NCBI GenBank assembly: GCA_963667725.2 | Contig: CAXXHO010000003.1 | Coordinates: 1,600,001-1,664,000, forward strand | Length of the DNA stretch: 64,000 nucleotides | Direction: 5' to 3' | Source: Treponemataceae bacterium | GTDB lineage: Bacteria; Spirochaetota; Spirochaetia; Treponematales; Rectinemataceae | Shown: positions 31,389 to 40,835 of the stretch, piece after piece | How the letters are laid out: every line of letters starts with the position of its first letter | Position numbering within the stretch: the stretch's first letter is position 1 | Translations under genes and position numbers: made by a program | Notes under the pieces: generated by a model | Database searches by the model: none | Told to the model about the DNA's origin: nothing | The model's input: the letters and a program-made list of their open reading frames with translations, nothing else

Positions 31389-31637
31389 ATGAGGATTGGA
31401 TCGTTGTGGATTAGGGAGAAGGAAGGAAAGAAGGTGACGGGTGGGGAGATCTCCTCGGATTCAGGGATCAACCTGCCCGCCGGGATGAAACTCCAGTGCA
31501 GACTCGTGAGGAATGAAAAGAAGCAGCCGGGCGACAGGTATCCGGATTTTTATGTTGAAGCCTGGGTGGCTCGGGAAAAGAAAGCTTCAAGTACCCCCAG
31601 CGGGGCGCCGCATAATGACGATGACTACCCGTTCTAA
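31389..31637 (+). CDS. Small SSB-like (DUF736-like) protein
   Basis: IGSLW...N.K....YPDF motif and acidic DDDYPF tail. Confidence 0.6.
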   Translation: MRIGSLWIREKEGKKVTGGEISSDSGINLPAGMKLQCRLVRNEKKQPGDRYPDFYVEAWVAREKKASSTPSGAPHNDDDYPF

Positions 31638-31653
31638 GGAGAAGGCGAACACG

Positions 31654-31941
31654 ATGAAAACTGAATCGATCGGTCCCACGCAGCGAAAGGTACTCGAGGT
31701 CATGGCGGACTTGGAATGGTGGACGGTCCGGCGCCTAGTAGAATCGCTTCACAGTACTGGCGCAGAGAAGGCGGTATTCAGGCTCTTCGAGCGGGGCTTC
31801 GTTGAGAAACGCCTTGGACGCGGGCTTCCTGTGCACCATGAAATGAGGCTCACCCTTGAAGGTGTCGATGCGTACCTCGAAGGTTCGGAGAACCCCTCCA
31901 AGGCAGAGACTCAGGAGCTCGAGCCAAGGCTCTTTGCATGA
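31654..31941 (+). CDS. Winged-helix hypothetical protein
   Basis: AAGGAG RBS; wHTH-like pattern. Confidence 0.5.
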   Translation: MKTESIGPTQRKVLEVMADLEWWTVRRLVESLHSTGAEKAVFRLFERGFVEKRLGRGLPVHHEMRLTLEGVDAYLEGSENPSKAETQELEPRLFA

Positions 31942-32354
31942 AGCTGTACCATTTCACGAATCGGGAATGCGCGCGAAGGATTGCTCAGGAAGGGATCACG
32001 CATGGTGGTGTCTATCTTCCCTATAGCGCCGGATCCCGAGTCTTCCGAGGCTTTCTCTGGCTCACCGATGATCCTCGCTTCGAAGCACAACACTGGGCCA
32101 CGAATCTGTCAGGAAAATGTGGCGACCGCACACAAGTGCGCCTTACGATCGAGCTGCCTGAAGGAACAAAGATAAAGCCCTGGAACACTATCGCGAGAAC
32201 GCTCTTTCTCTTGAGCCCCACCGATCTATGTGCCTTCAACCTCGCGGGGCATTCCGACGGTTCGCACTGGTACCTCTACCGCGGGGTGATCCCCGCTTCC
32301 TGGATTATCGAGAAAACGGAAAGAACAAAGGAGTATGTCCATGGCAAGTCTTGA
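31938..32354 (+). CDS. Putative ADP-ribosyltransferase-fold protein
   Basis: LYHFT...I...GI...LWLT pattern. Confidence 0.4.
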   Translation: MKLYHFTNRECARRIAQEGITHGGVYLPYSAGSRVFRGFLWLTDDPRFEAQHWATNLSGKCGDRTQVRLTIELPEGTKIKPWNTIARTLFLLSPTDLCAFNLAGHSDGSHWYLYRGVIPASWIIEKTERTKEYVHGKS

Positions 32355-32943
32355 AGTAATCGAGATCAAGCCCATCAACCTCAAGTACACGGAGATCAGG
32401 ATCATTGGTGACACGCCTCTCATCGTTCACGCCTGGAGCGAGAAGATCAAGAAAGAAATGCTCGATCGGCAGATGAAGAAGGCGAAAAACGCGAAAGGTG
32501 CTAAGAACCCAGAAGAGGAGTATCTTGCTTCATTCTATCGGCTTCCGGATGGTAAGTACGGCTTCCCCGCAATCGGCTTCAAGGCCGCGGCCGTATCCGC
32601 CGGCGGACGGTTTGCCGAAGGTATGAAGATGACGGAGCTTCGGGGATCCTTCTTCGTCCTGGGAGAAGAGGGGAGCGACCTCGTCCCCATCGAGGGCGAG
32701 CCTTCCATGAGGGAGGACACGGTCAAGGTCGGGATGGGGGTCGCGGACATACGCTACCGGCCCGAGTTCAGGGTCTGGGCGACGACGATACGGGTGAGAT
32801 TCAACGCGGACAAGATCAGTCTCGAGCAGCTTGTGAACCTGTTCAATCTGGCGGGATTTGGGGTTGGGGTTGGCGAGTGGCGCCCTGAACGCGACGGTCA
32901 ATTTGGCTGTTTCCATGTCGAGGTCAATGCCCCTCAAGGGTAA
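32341..32943 (+). CDS. Standalone RAMP/Cas7-like RNA-binding protein
   Basis: TPLIVH, FPAIGFKAA and C-terminal Gly-rich loop GFGVGVGEWRPERDGQFG in RAMP-like order; adjacent GGY-NN array. Confidence 0.65.
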   Translation: MASLEVIEIKPINLKYTEIRIIGDTPLIVHAWSEKIKKEMLDRQMKKAKNAKGAKNPEEEYLASFYRLPDGKYGFPAIGFKAAAVSAGGRFAEGMKMTELRGSFFVLGEEGSDLVPIEGEPSMREDTVKVGMGVADIRYRPEFRVWATTIRVRFNADKISLEQLVNLFNLAGFGVGVGEWRPERDGQFGCFHVEVNAPQG

Positions 32944-32964
32944 TGCCTCGTTGGAATATGACTC

Positions 32965-33035
32965 GGTTAGGTGCGGCTAGGCCGGGAAGGGCATGGCTTT
33001 GTAAGGCAAGGCATGGCAGGGACGGCAGGCAGGGG
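32965..33035 (+). ncRNA. GGY-NN pentamer repeat array (candidate guide RNA)
   Basis: GGTTA GGTGC GGCTA GGCCG GGAAG GGCAT GGCTT TGTAA GGCAA GGCAT GGCAG, then GGAC GGCA GGCA GGGG; intergenic. Confidence 0.7.
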
Positions 33036-33135
33036 ATCATGGAAGAGGCGATCGTACCGGAAGAGGAAAAGCGCAACGACGCTCTTTCTTCTGGCGCGAG
33101 GCGCGAAGGCTCTGGATAAGGGCAAGGAGTGGTAC

Positions 33136-33834
33136 ATGGTGTACAAGTGGAAGGAAGACTCGCCCCTGGTGAAGAAAGCGGATCCTCAGGCGATCGCGCG
33201 AGAGATCCTGACGATCGGCGGGGCGTCGGTACGGCCGAAGGATCTGGTTCAGGAAGCGTACTTGAAGAAAAACTCCGAACTCCACAAGTGCTTTGAGTGG
33301 GACAATACGGTCGCGGCCATCGAGTATCGAAAGTCCCAGGCGAAGGAGATCCTCTACTCGCTCGTGAAGGTGGAGAGCACGAAGCACGGCACCATGGAAG
33401 TGCTTGCTTTCGTTGAAAGCAGCCCCGTCTCGCACTCCCCAGAGACCGTACACTTTTCCGTTCGCGATGAGACAGAACGGCAGAAACATGAGACGAAGAA
33501 GCCCAAAGAAGCGCCCCCCTCGTTCCACCAAGGGCCGTTTGTGGCCATGGATGATACGGTGGGTACCCCTCCCCCTCTAAAGCGATCCTACGACGATCCT
33601 GAGCCCGCGACAGCGAAAGAACGAGAACAGGCGCCCGGCGAAGCGAGCGAGGAACGAGAAATTCAGGAAGGGAGTGACATGGAGGAGCTTATCAGGAGGC
33701 TTTCATCGATCCAGGATGAGCTCATGACGTATGGACGGTTTGAGGATCTCGGGGAGAAGCTTGGGGCATTGATCGACGAAATAAAAGAAAGAACGACTCG
33801 CGGGACTTCCAAGCTTGTTGCCAGTGTCGCGTAA
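33136..33834 (+). CDS. Conserved phage protein downstream of the RAMP-like gene and array
   Basis: AAGGAG RBS; LH.CFEWD...AA.EYR..QA motif. Confidence 0.65.
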   Translation: MVYKWKEDSPLVKKADPQAIAREILTIGGASVRPKDLVQEAYLKKNSELHKCFEWDNTVAAIEYRKSQAKEILYSLVKVESTKHGTMEVLAFVESSPVSHSPETVHFSVRDETERQKHETKKPKEAPPSFHQGPFVAMDDTVGTPPPLKRSYDDPEPATAKEREQAPGEASEEREIQEGSDMEELIRRLSSIQDELMTYGRFEDLGEKLGALIDEIKERTTRGTSKLVASVA

Positions 33835-33846
33835 GGAGCATGCATC

Positions 33847-35136
33847 ATGGGAAGAATACGAAGTATAAAACCAGAATTCCCGCAATCGGAGAGCATTGGC
33901 AGGATGACCCGCGATGCCCGGCTTTGTTTTATTGAACTATGGACCATCGCCGACGATGAGGGAAGACTCCGGGGAAACACGCGGATGCTCGCGAGTTTAC
34001 TGTTTCCCTATGATGATGATGCCCCTGGCCTCATAGGCTCATGGCTTTCTGAAATCGAACGGGAAGGCTGTATTGTGCGCTATGAGGGTGCAGGACAGCA
34101 TTATGTTCAGGTATCGAACTGGGCTGCCCACCAGAAAATTGACAAGCCTTCACCGTCAAAGTTCCCGCCTCCCCCTGCAAAAGCCGAGACGCCTTCAGCG
34201 GCTGAGAGTACTCCACGCCAATTCGCCGAGGATTCGCGAACTATCGATACATCCTCGCGACCATTCGCCGAGGATTCGGCGAGTATTCCCCGAGGACTCG
34301 ACGAGGATTCGGCGAATGATCGAAGAACCTTCGCGACGGATATGGATCTAGGAAAGGATCAAGGAGAAGAAGGGAAAGGATCTTCCGCGCGCGAGGATTT
34401 ATCAAGCGAAGAGGGCGAGGAAAACAAAGAAATAATGACGGAGTGTCTTGTCCAAGAAGGTCATGATTCGTTTATGTTGGATCCGTCACTAGCAACGATG
34501 AAGCAGGATCATGACGATGTCATGACGAACCATGACGATATCATGAGAGAGAGCAAGCCTACTCAGCAAGAAGAACAGAAAGAAGAGAAGACGCGCATGT
34601 GTGAGGATCAGACTCCAATCCGAAAGACTTCATCCCGCGGGGCGTCGGCGAATGAGCCCGTCATCTTTTCGGAGCTTCCTCAATTCAAGATCGCCGGCTA
34701 TTGGTTCAGAAGGTACAATCAAGTGACGGGGATCACGCTCCTTCCTGATGAACGGGCAAACCACGCGGCAAAGGAGCTTTATGAAGCCTTAGGGAAGAAC
34801 AACACACTCGCGCAGCGCGCGGTGGATTACTACTTCGAGAACTGGCGAGAACTCTGGTTCGCTCAGAAGCGTATGCCGAAAGAGACGCCTCTTGAGAAAC
34901 GACAGTGGTCCTTCACGTTCATAAGCTTCACGAAGAACATCCAGGAGATTCTCTCGCTCATGCAAGCCTCTCCAACATCAACGAGTCCACGGACCACGCC
35001 TGAGCGTTGGAGTACAGGGATATCCTTCGATGAGGAGCACATACCCGAAGAAGAACGGGTAGAAAATGCGCGAAAACTATCGGATTTTGTACAGAATCTG
35101 GGCAAAACGAAGCGGGTTTCGTTGCTGGCAAATTAA
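33847..35136 (+). CDS. Phage replication initiator/replisome organizer
   Basis: MGRIRSIKPEF..SE...ARL.FI.LW..ADDEGR N-terminal family pattern; internal iterons. Confidence 0.75.
   Translation: MGRIRSIKPEFPQSESIGRMTRDARLCFIELWTIADDEGRLRGNTRMLASLLFPYDDDAPGLIGSWLSEIEREGCIVRYEGAGQHYVQVSNWAAHQKIDKPSPSKFPPPPAKAETPSAAESTPRQFAEDSRTIDTSSRPFAEDSASIPRGLDEDSANDRRTFATDMDLGKDQGEEGKGSSAREDLSSEEGEENKEIMTECLVQEGHDSFMLDPSLATMKQDHDDVMTNHDDIMRESKPTQQEEQKEEKTRMCEDQTPIRKTSSRGASANEPVIFSELPQFKIAGYWFRRYNQVTGITLLPDERANHAAKELYEALGKNNTLAQRAVDYYFENWRELWFAQKRMPKETPLEKRQWSFTFISFTKNIQEILSLMQASPTSTSPRTTPERWSTGISFDEEHIPEEERVENARKLSDFVQNLGKTKRVSLLAN
34221..34340 (+). repeat. Iteron-like ~11-bp repeats inside rep (putative ori)
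   Basis: ATTCGCCGAGG / ATTCGGCGAGT / ATTCCCCGAGG / ACTCGACGAGG / ATTCGGCGAAT. Confidence 0.65.
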
Positions 35137-35163
35137 TAGATGTACACCATGTGAGGAGCATCA

Positions 35164-35355
35164 ATGACCCTTGAATACGAAGATATCGAAGAGCTGAGGA
35201 AGGCGCTCGCAAATGTTGAATTCGGCAAGGTGGAGATGCAGATTCATGAAAGTATCATCATTTCAATAACCGTTACCACCGTTAAGAAGAAGCCAGTACC
35301 CAAGAAGGATCGAATCGTAGTACATACGCCCTCAAAACCATTAAAATTGGTTTAA
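35164..35355 (+). CDS. Small DUF2292/YezD-like protein, copy 1
   Basis: L..V.FG.VE..IHE pattern; paralog at 41922. Confidence 0.6.
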   Translation: MTLEYEDIEELRKALANVEFGKVEMQIHESIIISITVTTVKKKPVPKKDRIVVHTPSKPLKLV

Positions 35356-35401
35356 CCTTTAAATCCACAAATTTATAAGGTTGAAGCAATTGTTAGGCTT
35401 T

Positions 35402-36217
35402 TTATCCTTTATTCTCTTGTCCGCAATCTGTACCATCATTACTACTTTTCTCAGCTTCTTTTATTTTACTTTTTTGTTTTTCAATTTTCTTAATAGTTTT
35501 CAAATATTTATCATTAGTCTCAATTGCTTCAGGTGTATCTATAATTTCTCTTTTTAATACATCATTTACTATTATCGTATCTATTTCATCTACTTCAAAT
35601 TTAATTGTAGGATCAACTTTTCTAAATTCTCTTTTGATTGCTTCTATTACATATTCAGACCTAATAAATGCTCCTATATAATATTTATTAACAATCATCT
35701 TATGCTGTGTAAACTCATCTATTGCATTCTTCTTAATTCCTTCTTTACAAATAATATATAATTTATCTAAATCATTTCTATTTTTAATTTTTACATCTAA
35801 AATATTAAACTCACATACAAAATCAGTTTTTATTGGCTTTTCAAACTTAACTTTATATACTTTCCATACCACACCATTTGTAAGTATAATCCACTCATTT
35901 CCATTATTAGCACCGTAATCAAGTACTTGTTGATAATGCTTATCGGCAAGAGTCGTTCCAATTGCCTTTACTTCAATAAGGAACTTTACACTACCATCAA
36001 TTTTTACTGCTAAATCACAATATGTACTTTTTATGCAATATTCACGAGTAACTTCAGTATATTTATCATATCCAAAGAGAAGCGTTAATATATCTGTAAC
36101 TATTACAACAGTATCAGCTTCATTTATATCTCTATCTTTAGCTTGTTCTAGAATTTTTTGAATTTTCCCTAAATTTTCTTTGAATCTTTCAATAACCTTT
36201 ACATTGATTTGTGCCAT
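35402..36217 (-). CDS. Cassette: HsdR N-terminal/restriction endonuclease-like protein
   Basis: INEADT, CDLAVK..LIEVK, ILTNG motifs. Confidence 0.75.
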   Translation of the reverse strand: MAQINVKVIERFKENLGKIQKILEQAKDRDINEADTVVIVTDILTLLFGYDKYTEVTREYCIKSTYCDLAVKIDGSVKFLIEVKAIGTTLADKHYQQVLDYGANNGNEWIILTNGVVWKVYKVKFEKPIKTDFVCEFNILDVKIKNRNDLDKLYIICKEGIKKNAIDEFTQHKMIVNKYYIGAFIRSEYVIEAIKREFRKVDPTIKFEVDEIDTIIVNDVLKREIIDTPEAIETNDKYLKTIKKIEKQKSKIKEAEKSSNDGTDCGQENKG

Positions 36218-36343
36218 ACAAAACTCCTTTGATAAAATGCTTAAATTGCTAATCTTTAAAATTAGCTTTGTCTCGCGCCGAAAGCGTCATCCTAACATTG
36301 GCAATTAAAGTTTAGTATGTATCTTTGCGCGCCGAAGACGTCA

Positions 36344-36468
36344 ACCTAACATTGGCTTGACCCTTAACGCCAGATCCTGAGCGTAGCGAGGGATTGGCGT
36401 GGTTTATGCATTGTTGTTCTGCACAAACCATGACAAAGGGCGTTATAGGGTTGAAGCATTTGTTAGGC
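36344..36468 (-). repeat. attC site (representative of the family)
   Basis: Minus strand GCCTAAC...GTTAGGT (RYYYAAC/GTTRRRY) with a long imperfect palindrome. Confidence 0.88.
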
Positions 36469-37221
36469 GATAGCACTTCTTCTTTTCTTACACTTTATCA
36501 CTATATAAATTGGCTCATTAAGTAAATCTTCGTATCTATCATTATTACTCTCTCTCCATTTTACTGGAGGTCCTGGTTCTTGTATCTCTTTTACTTCTAA
36601 CCCAGCTTCTCTTAGCCCATTTATATAGTCAGAAAAAGTATAATGATAGCTTTTGCATACAACTCCATTCTTACTCTTTCCATATTTTGTCCATGGTTGA
36701 TAGTACTCTCGTATCTCTTTATGTAGATATCGTATTTTCCATTCTCCATCTTTATCAAATGGGTATTCTGCAGTATATAGTGGATGCATAGCCGATAGGA
36801 TAACAATTCCATTTTCTGCAAGAACATTATGGATACTTCTAAAAGCTTCTTTAAGATCCGGAAAGTAATGTGTGGCTGTTGATGAAAAAACAAAATCAAA
36901 CTTTTCAGACACTATCTCACTGATGTCTTCTACTGAACACTTTTGAAACTTAATCCGATAACTTTTATTCTTATTTTTAGCATAAGCTAACATTTCTTCA
37001 GATATATCTATTCCAAGAATAGATTTTGGCTCATATGAATCAAAGTAGAACGAGAATCTTCCAGTTCCACATCCAATATCCAAGATTGTTTTATCTTTCA
37101 ATATTGGAAGCATTTCTTTAATACAAGGCCATTCTATCTCATTACTATATGAATTTTCTCTATTCGTAAAATCTTCATAATCTGAAGTCATTGAATCCCA
37201 TATCGTTTCGATGTCTTTCAT
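36463..37221 (-). CDS. Cassette: class I SAM-dependent methyltransferase
   Basis: LDIGCGTG, DISEEML. Confidence 0.88.
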   Translation of the reverse strand: MKDIETIWDSMTSDYEDFTNRENSYSNEIEWPCIKEMLPILKDKTILDIGCGTGRFSFYFDSYEPKSILGIDISEEMLAYAKNKNKSYRIKFQKCSVEDISEIVSEKFDFVFSSTATHYFPDLKEAFRSIHNVLAENGIVILSAMHPLYTAEYPFDKDGEWKIRYLHKEIREYYQPWTKYGKSKNGVVCKSYHYTFSDYINGLREAGLEVKEIQEPGPPVKWRESNNDRYEDLLNEPIYIVIKCKKRRSAIA

Positions 37222-37420
37222 ACTTCCTGTTTCCTAATGAAAAGTATTTACTTTCTTAGCGCCTAAGGCGTCTGCCTAACGATGGCTTGACCTGCGAAAG
37301 GCGTTGGCGCGCAATTTGCATTGCAACTCACGCAAATTGCGTGACAATACCCTGAGTCAGGTCGAAACGATTGTTAGGCGACTTCATTTTTTAAGAATTA
37401 ATGAAATAATGCTTTATATA

Positions 37421-38095
37421 TTAATCAGAGAATCTGCATGCTCCCACAAATGCATACCCAAGCCTCGTAAACTCAACTCGTTGGTATGAAAACCATTCTG
37501 TACTACTACTACTCTCATCCCCCATTAAATAAGAACTCTGTGATGCTCTGCAAAGATTGAGTCTTACTAGGTTACCCATTAATAATTCATACTCCCATGT
37601 AGCTATCTTAAATACTTCTTGAATTTCGTTGAATGTTGCAATCCAACCAATTTGTTTATGAACACGATCTGTCATCCATTCCAAAATTCTTGCCTCAATT
37701 GAGGAAATCTCAGAGAGTATTTTTGGAAATGCAGGGGGAACTTTTTCGGGTTTCTCAGCAGCACTAGCTAATAATGCAGCCCATCTGTTTTTCATATCAG
37801 CTTCTTCTTCTAATGAACCCGCTTCAAGTAAGGGAGCAACTACTTTTGGTAGGAGACGTTTCGGTTCAATGCCCTTCTTCTCAAGAAAGGCTTTTGCTTT
37901 TAAAATTAGGTTTACTTTGTTCTTGAATCTCCAAAAGGCAACTGTATCACCAATTAATCCACCAGACTGTTCTAGACCAGGAACTATCAATTTATCAAGA
38001 TAATCTTTGGCGATCTTGGCCGTCTCTTCAATTCCTTTCTCAAGTGCAATACGCATCGGATCATTGGGTTGATGATTGTCACTCATACTACTCAA
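37421..38095 (-). CDS. Cassette: Abi-alpha/DUF4393-like protein
   Basis: PLLE..S.EE...M...WAALLA...PAF..IL..IS..EARIL pattern. Confidence 0.65.
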   Translation of the reverse strand: MSSMSDNHQPNDPMRIALEKGIEETAKIAKDYLDKLIVPGLEQSGGLIGDTVAFWRFKNKVNLILKAKAFLEKKGIEPKRLLPKVVAPLLEAGSLEEEADMKNRWAALLASAAEKPEKVPPAFPKILSEISSIEARILEWMTDRVHKQIGWIATFNEIQEVFKIATWEYELLMGNLVRLNLCRASQSSYLMGDESSSSTEWFSYQRVEFTRLGYAFVGACRFSD

Positions 38096-38219
38096 TCCTT
38101 AATATTTAGCTCCGTTTTTAGAGGCTCATTTTTTTTATTTATTTCAAATAATTCAAAGAAGAAATATACTTTGCGCAATACGCGTCCGCTTAACATCTCT
38201 TTATATATTTAATTAATGA

Positions 38220-38501
38220 CTATAGTTTACCTTGGAGTTTATGAGATCTTTGCCAGCCTGCTGCACTGCGAGATTGCACATAACATATAAGGAGATCGGC
38301 AACAGATCTTGATTGAACCCAACATATTTTTGAAGTTGCTGATGCGTCACTTTGAACAAAACACCATATGCCATCTACACCATCTGCGGGTCCGCGTGAT
38401 TCCGATATACAAACGAGCAAATCAGCTACAGATCTAGATTGTACTTCGCATACTAGATAATCTGCTGATGACCTAGATTCTTTTACCCTAATTAATGCCA
38501 T
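38220..38501 (-). CDS. Cassette: small repeat protein (DUF6150-like)
   Basis: Repeated V.SRS.ADL.V units; GGAGG RBS. Confidence 0.6.
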   Translation of the reverse strand: MALIRVKESRSSADYLVCEVQSRSVADLLVCISESRGPADGVDGIWCFVQSDASATSKICWVQSRSVADLLICYVQSRSAAGWQRSHKLQGKL

Positions 38502-38674
38502 AGTTCCTCCTATTTTAATAAGCGTGAAGCGTCCGCCTAACATTTTCGCTTAACCTTTAAATCCTGGCCTGAGCTACTGCGAAGGCTTGGCATGGTTTGT
38601 GCATTGTTGTTCCTGCACAAACCATGCCAAAGGATTTATAAGGTTGAAGCAGTTGTTAGTAGGTTACTCGAAAA

Positions 38675-40150
38675 TTAAGTATCAATTCTTAATTTATGAT
38701 TTTCTTCAGCTTTTTGTATATCTTTTGAGCTAATAAATTGACTAGATAGACTAAGCCACTTCAATACTTCAAAGTATGCATTATAATATTTTTTACTATC
38801 AAATTTAAAATAAACAAAATTATTTATATTAGAGGGTATTATAACTTTATCTTCAACAAGTACAAGAATTTTTTTTGAATTTTCTAATCCATAGTGTCTT
38901 AAGAAAAATCCTATTTCGTGATACACATTTGGACGCGAATAATTATTTTTTTTCTCAGTTATATCATTTTTAAGAATTGCAATAGTAAGTGTAGATTCAA
39001 GCATTGTTGAATATATTTTTTTTGATAATTCTTCCCCAAATCCAACTTGAACAATATTTGTTTTTGCTCCCTTATCAAAGAAATCTTCTTTAAGCCACTT
39101 ACTTAATTGAAACGCATATTCATTAGGTATTGTCTTTCCTTTCTTCTCATCATATTCCCAACTACATGTAATAAATATTTTTTCTTCTGTTGGTATAGAT
39201 ATTACTTCTCTTACATTGTTCTTTAAAACATATACAAGACTTGCTTTCCATTTATTTAAAGCAATTTCATCTAAAGAATTTTTTTCATTATCGATACTTT
39301 TTGAATTAAAAAATGTTGCTTTACAATTATAATTAATGTCTTTAGGATCCTTTATTCTTTTCAAACCGTCTTTCTTATTACTTTTATAGTATGTAGCATC
39401 ATCTGATATCATAGTACTATCTAATGTCCATAAATATCTCCAATGCTCTGCTAGAGAATTAAAAAGTTCAACGTCATCTGTTTCATTTGCACAAAGCATT
39501 GGATAATTTAGTAATAATTTATCAGAATTTATATTTTTTTTTGTTAGTATATATGCATCAGAATAAATATTATTATTAATTTTTAATATAGATACATTTA
39601 AGCTAGAAGTTGTAAATCTTACCATTACTTTATTTTCTTCATTATCAAAAGAAAGTAATTCTTCATTTATATAACTATGAATTGTTTTCAGAGAATTATT
39701 AAGATTTCTTACTGTCATTGAACCCCAAAATGTTCTTTCATCTATTTCATCAACTAAATCAAAACTTCTATAATATAATGGTTCATCAATAGTAGTTCTC
39801 TTTCTGCTATTTTCAGCTTGAAGAATAGAATACGTATAATCTGAAAATGGATAAACAAATAAAAGCCTAAATCTTACAGCAATCCCTTGATCGTTAATTG
39901 TTTTTATATTTTTTATTGTTTCTTGCAGTTTTTTAGCAATCGATGGATCGGAAAACATTCCCCCTAAATCAAAAAGAATGCTACCAGATAAACCTGCATA
40001 ATCTATTGTAGCTATTTTCTTATACTTACTTTCTTCTAGATCTAGTGGGTTTTTTTTGTCGTAAGCAGATTTAATTAATGAGTCAAGACATAAATCATTA
40101 ATTATTTTTTCATTTAACTCTTTTGAATATCTACTTTCATAATATTTCAT
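38675..40150 (-). CDS. Cassette: protein with C-terminal TIR-like nucleotide-binding domain
   Basis: IFITCS...RPNVYHEIGFF...IPSNI motif. Confidence 0.65.
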   Translation of the reverse strand: MKYYESRYSKELNEKIINDLCLDSLIKSAYDKKNPLDLEESKYKKIATIDYAGLSGSILFDLGGMFSDPSIAKKLQETIKNIKTINDQGIAVRFRLLFVYPFSDYTYSILQAENSRKRTTIDEPLYYRSFDLVDEIDERTFWGSMTVRNLNNSLKTIHSYINEELLSFDNEENKVMVRFTTSSLNVSILKINNNIYSDAYILTKKNINSDKLLLNYPMLCANETDDVELFNSLAEHWRYLWTLDSTMISDDATYYKSNKKDGLKRIKDPKDINYNCKATFFNSKSIDNEKNSLDEIALNKWKASLVYVLKNNVREVISIPTEEKIFITCSWEYDEKKGKTIPNEYAFQLSKWLKEDFFDKGAKTNIVQVGFGEELSKKIYSTMLESTLTIAILKNDITEKKNNYSRPNVYHEIGFFLRHYGLENSKKILVLVEDKVIIPSNINNFVYFKFDSKKYYNAYFEVLKWLSLSSQFISSKDIQKAEENHKLRIDT

Positions 40151-40373
40151 TTTTCACTCCTAAAATAAATTTCTTTGGTTTTGATACTTGTATTTATATA
40201 TATATCAAACTTAAATATTTTTTCTTGCCCGAAGGGTCAACCTAACATTGGCTTAACCCTTAACGCCTGTTCCTGAGCGAAGCGAAGGATTGGCGTGGTT
40301 TTTGCATTGTTGTTCTGCAAAAACCATGACAAAAGGCGTTATAGGGTTGAAGCATTTGTTAGATTTCTTTTAT

Positions 40374-40835
40374 CTATTTAGGAAATACTAAATCTACTGT
40401 TTTAAAAGACTCTGGTAATTTTAAATCTTTTACTAATCCATCATATATAATCATTACAATATCATTGTATTTATAATATTCTTCTTTTTGTATTTGTATT
40501 CGTTTTATCCATTTATCTTTTACATATTTATTTTTGATGCTTTTATCATACTCATCTACATCATGAGTTTCTAGCAAGATACCATTTTTTCTCATTAATC
40601 CAATTCTTCCAATAATTTCTTCATTCTTATTGCTACATTCAATTACTATTATTGAGTGATCACCATTTTTGCTTCCAGTAAATTCAATTATTCCTTTTTC
40701 ATAAGGGATAATGAATTTTTTCTTATTATCAAAAAGCAAATCATATTTACTACAACTTCCTAGAGATACACATAACAACACAACTTGAAGGAAAAGAATT
40801 AGAAAACGCTTCTTATTTCTAATATTTTTACTCAT
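40374..40835 (-). CDS. Cassette: hypothetical lipoprotein
   Basis: Basic N-terminus, hydrophobic stretch, LGSC lipobox. Confidence 0.6.
   Translation of the reverse strand: MSKNIRNKKRFLILFLQVVLLCVSLGSCSKYDLLFDNKKKFIIPYEKGIIEFTGSKNGDHSIIVIECSNKNEEIIGRIGLMRKNGILLETHDVDEYDKSIKNKYVKDKWIKRIQIQKEEYYKYNDIVMIIYDGLVKDLKLPESFKTVDLVFPK

Noticed and set aside
32971..33135. N-terminal extension of ORF 32971-33834 across the GGY-NN array
   Set aside because: The translation is low-complexity Gly/Arg, and a strong RBS sits before ATG 33136; the 5-nt periodicity points to non-coding function
36375..36395. Gapped match of the array dinucleotides (TC TA GC TA CG AG AT) to the attC sequence TCcTGaGCgTAgCGaGGgAT
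   Set aside because: Only 12 of 14 positions match and the remaining dinucleotides do not; a rough estimate gives about one such match by chance in a window this size, so it is not accepted as a target
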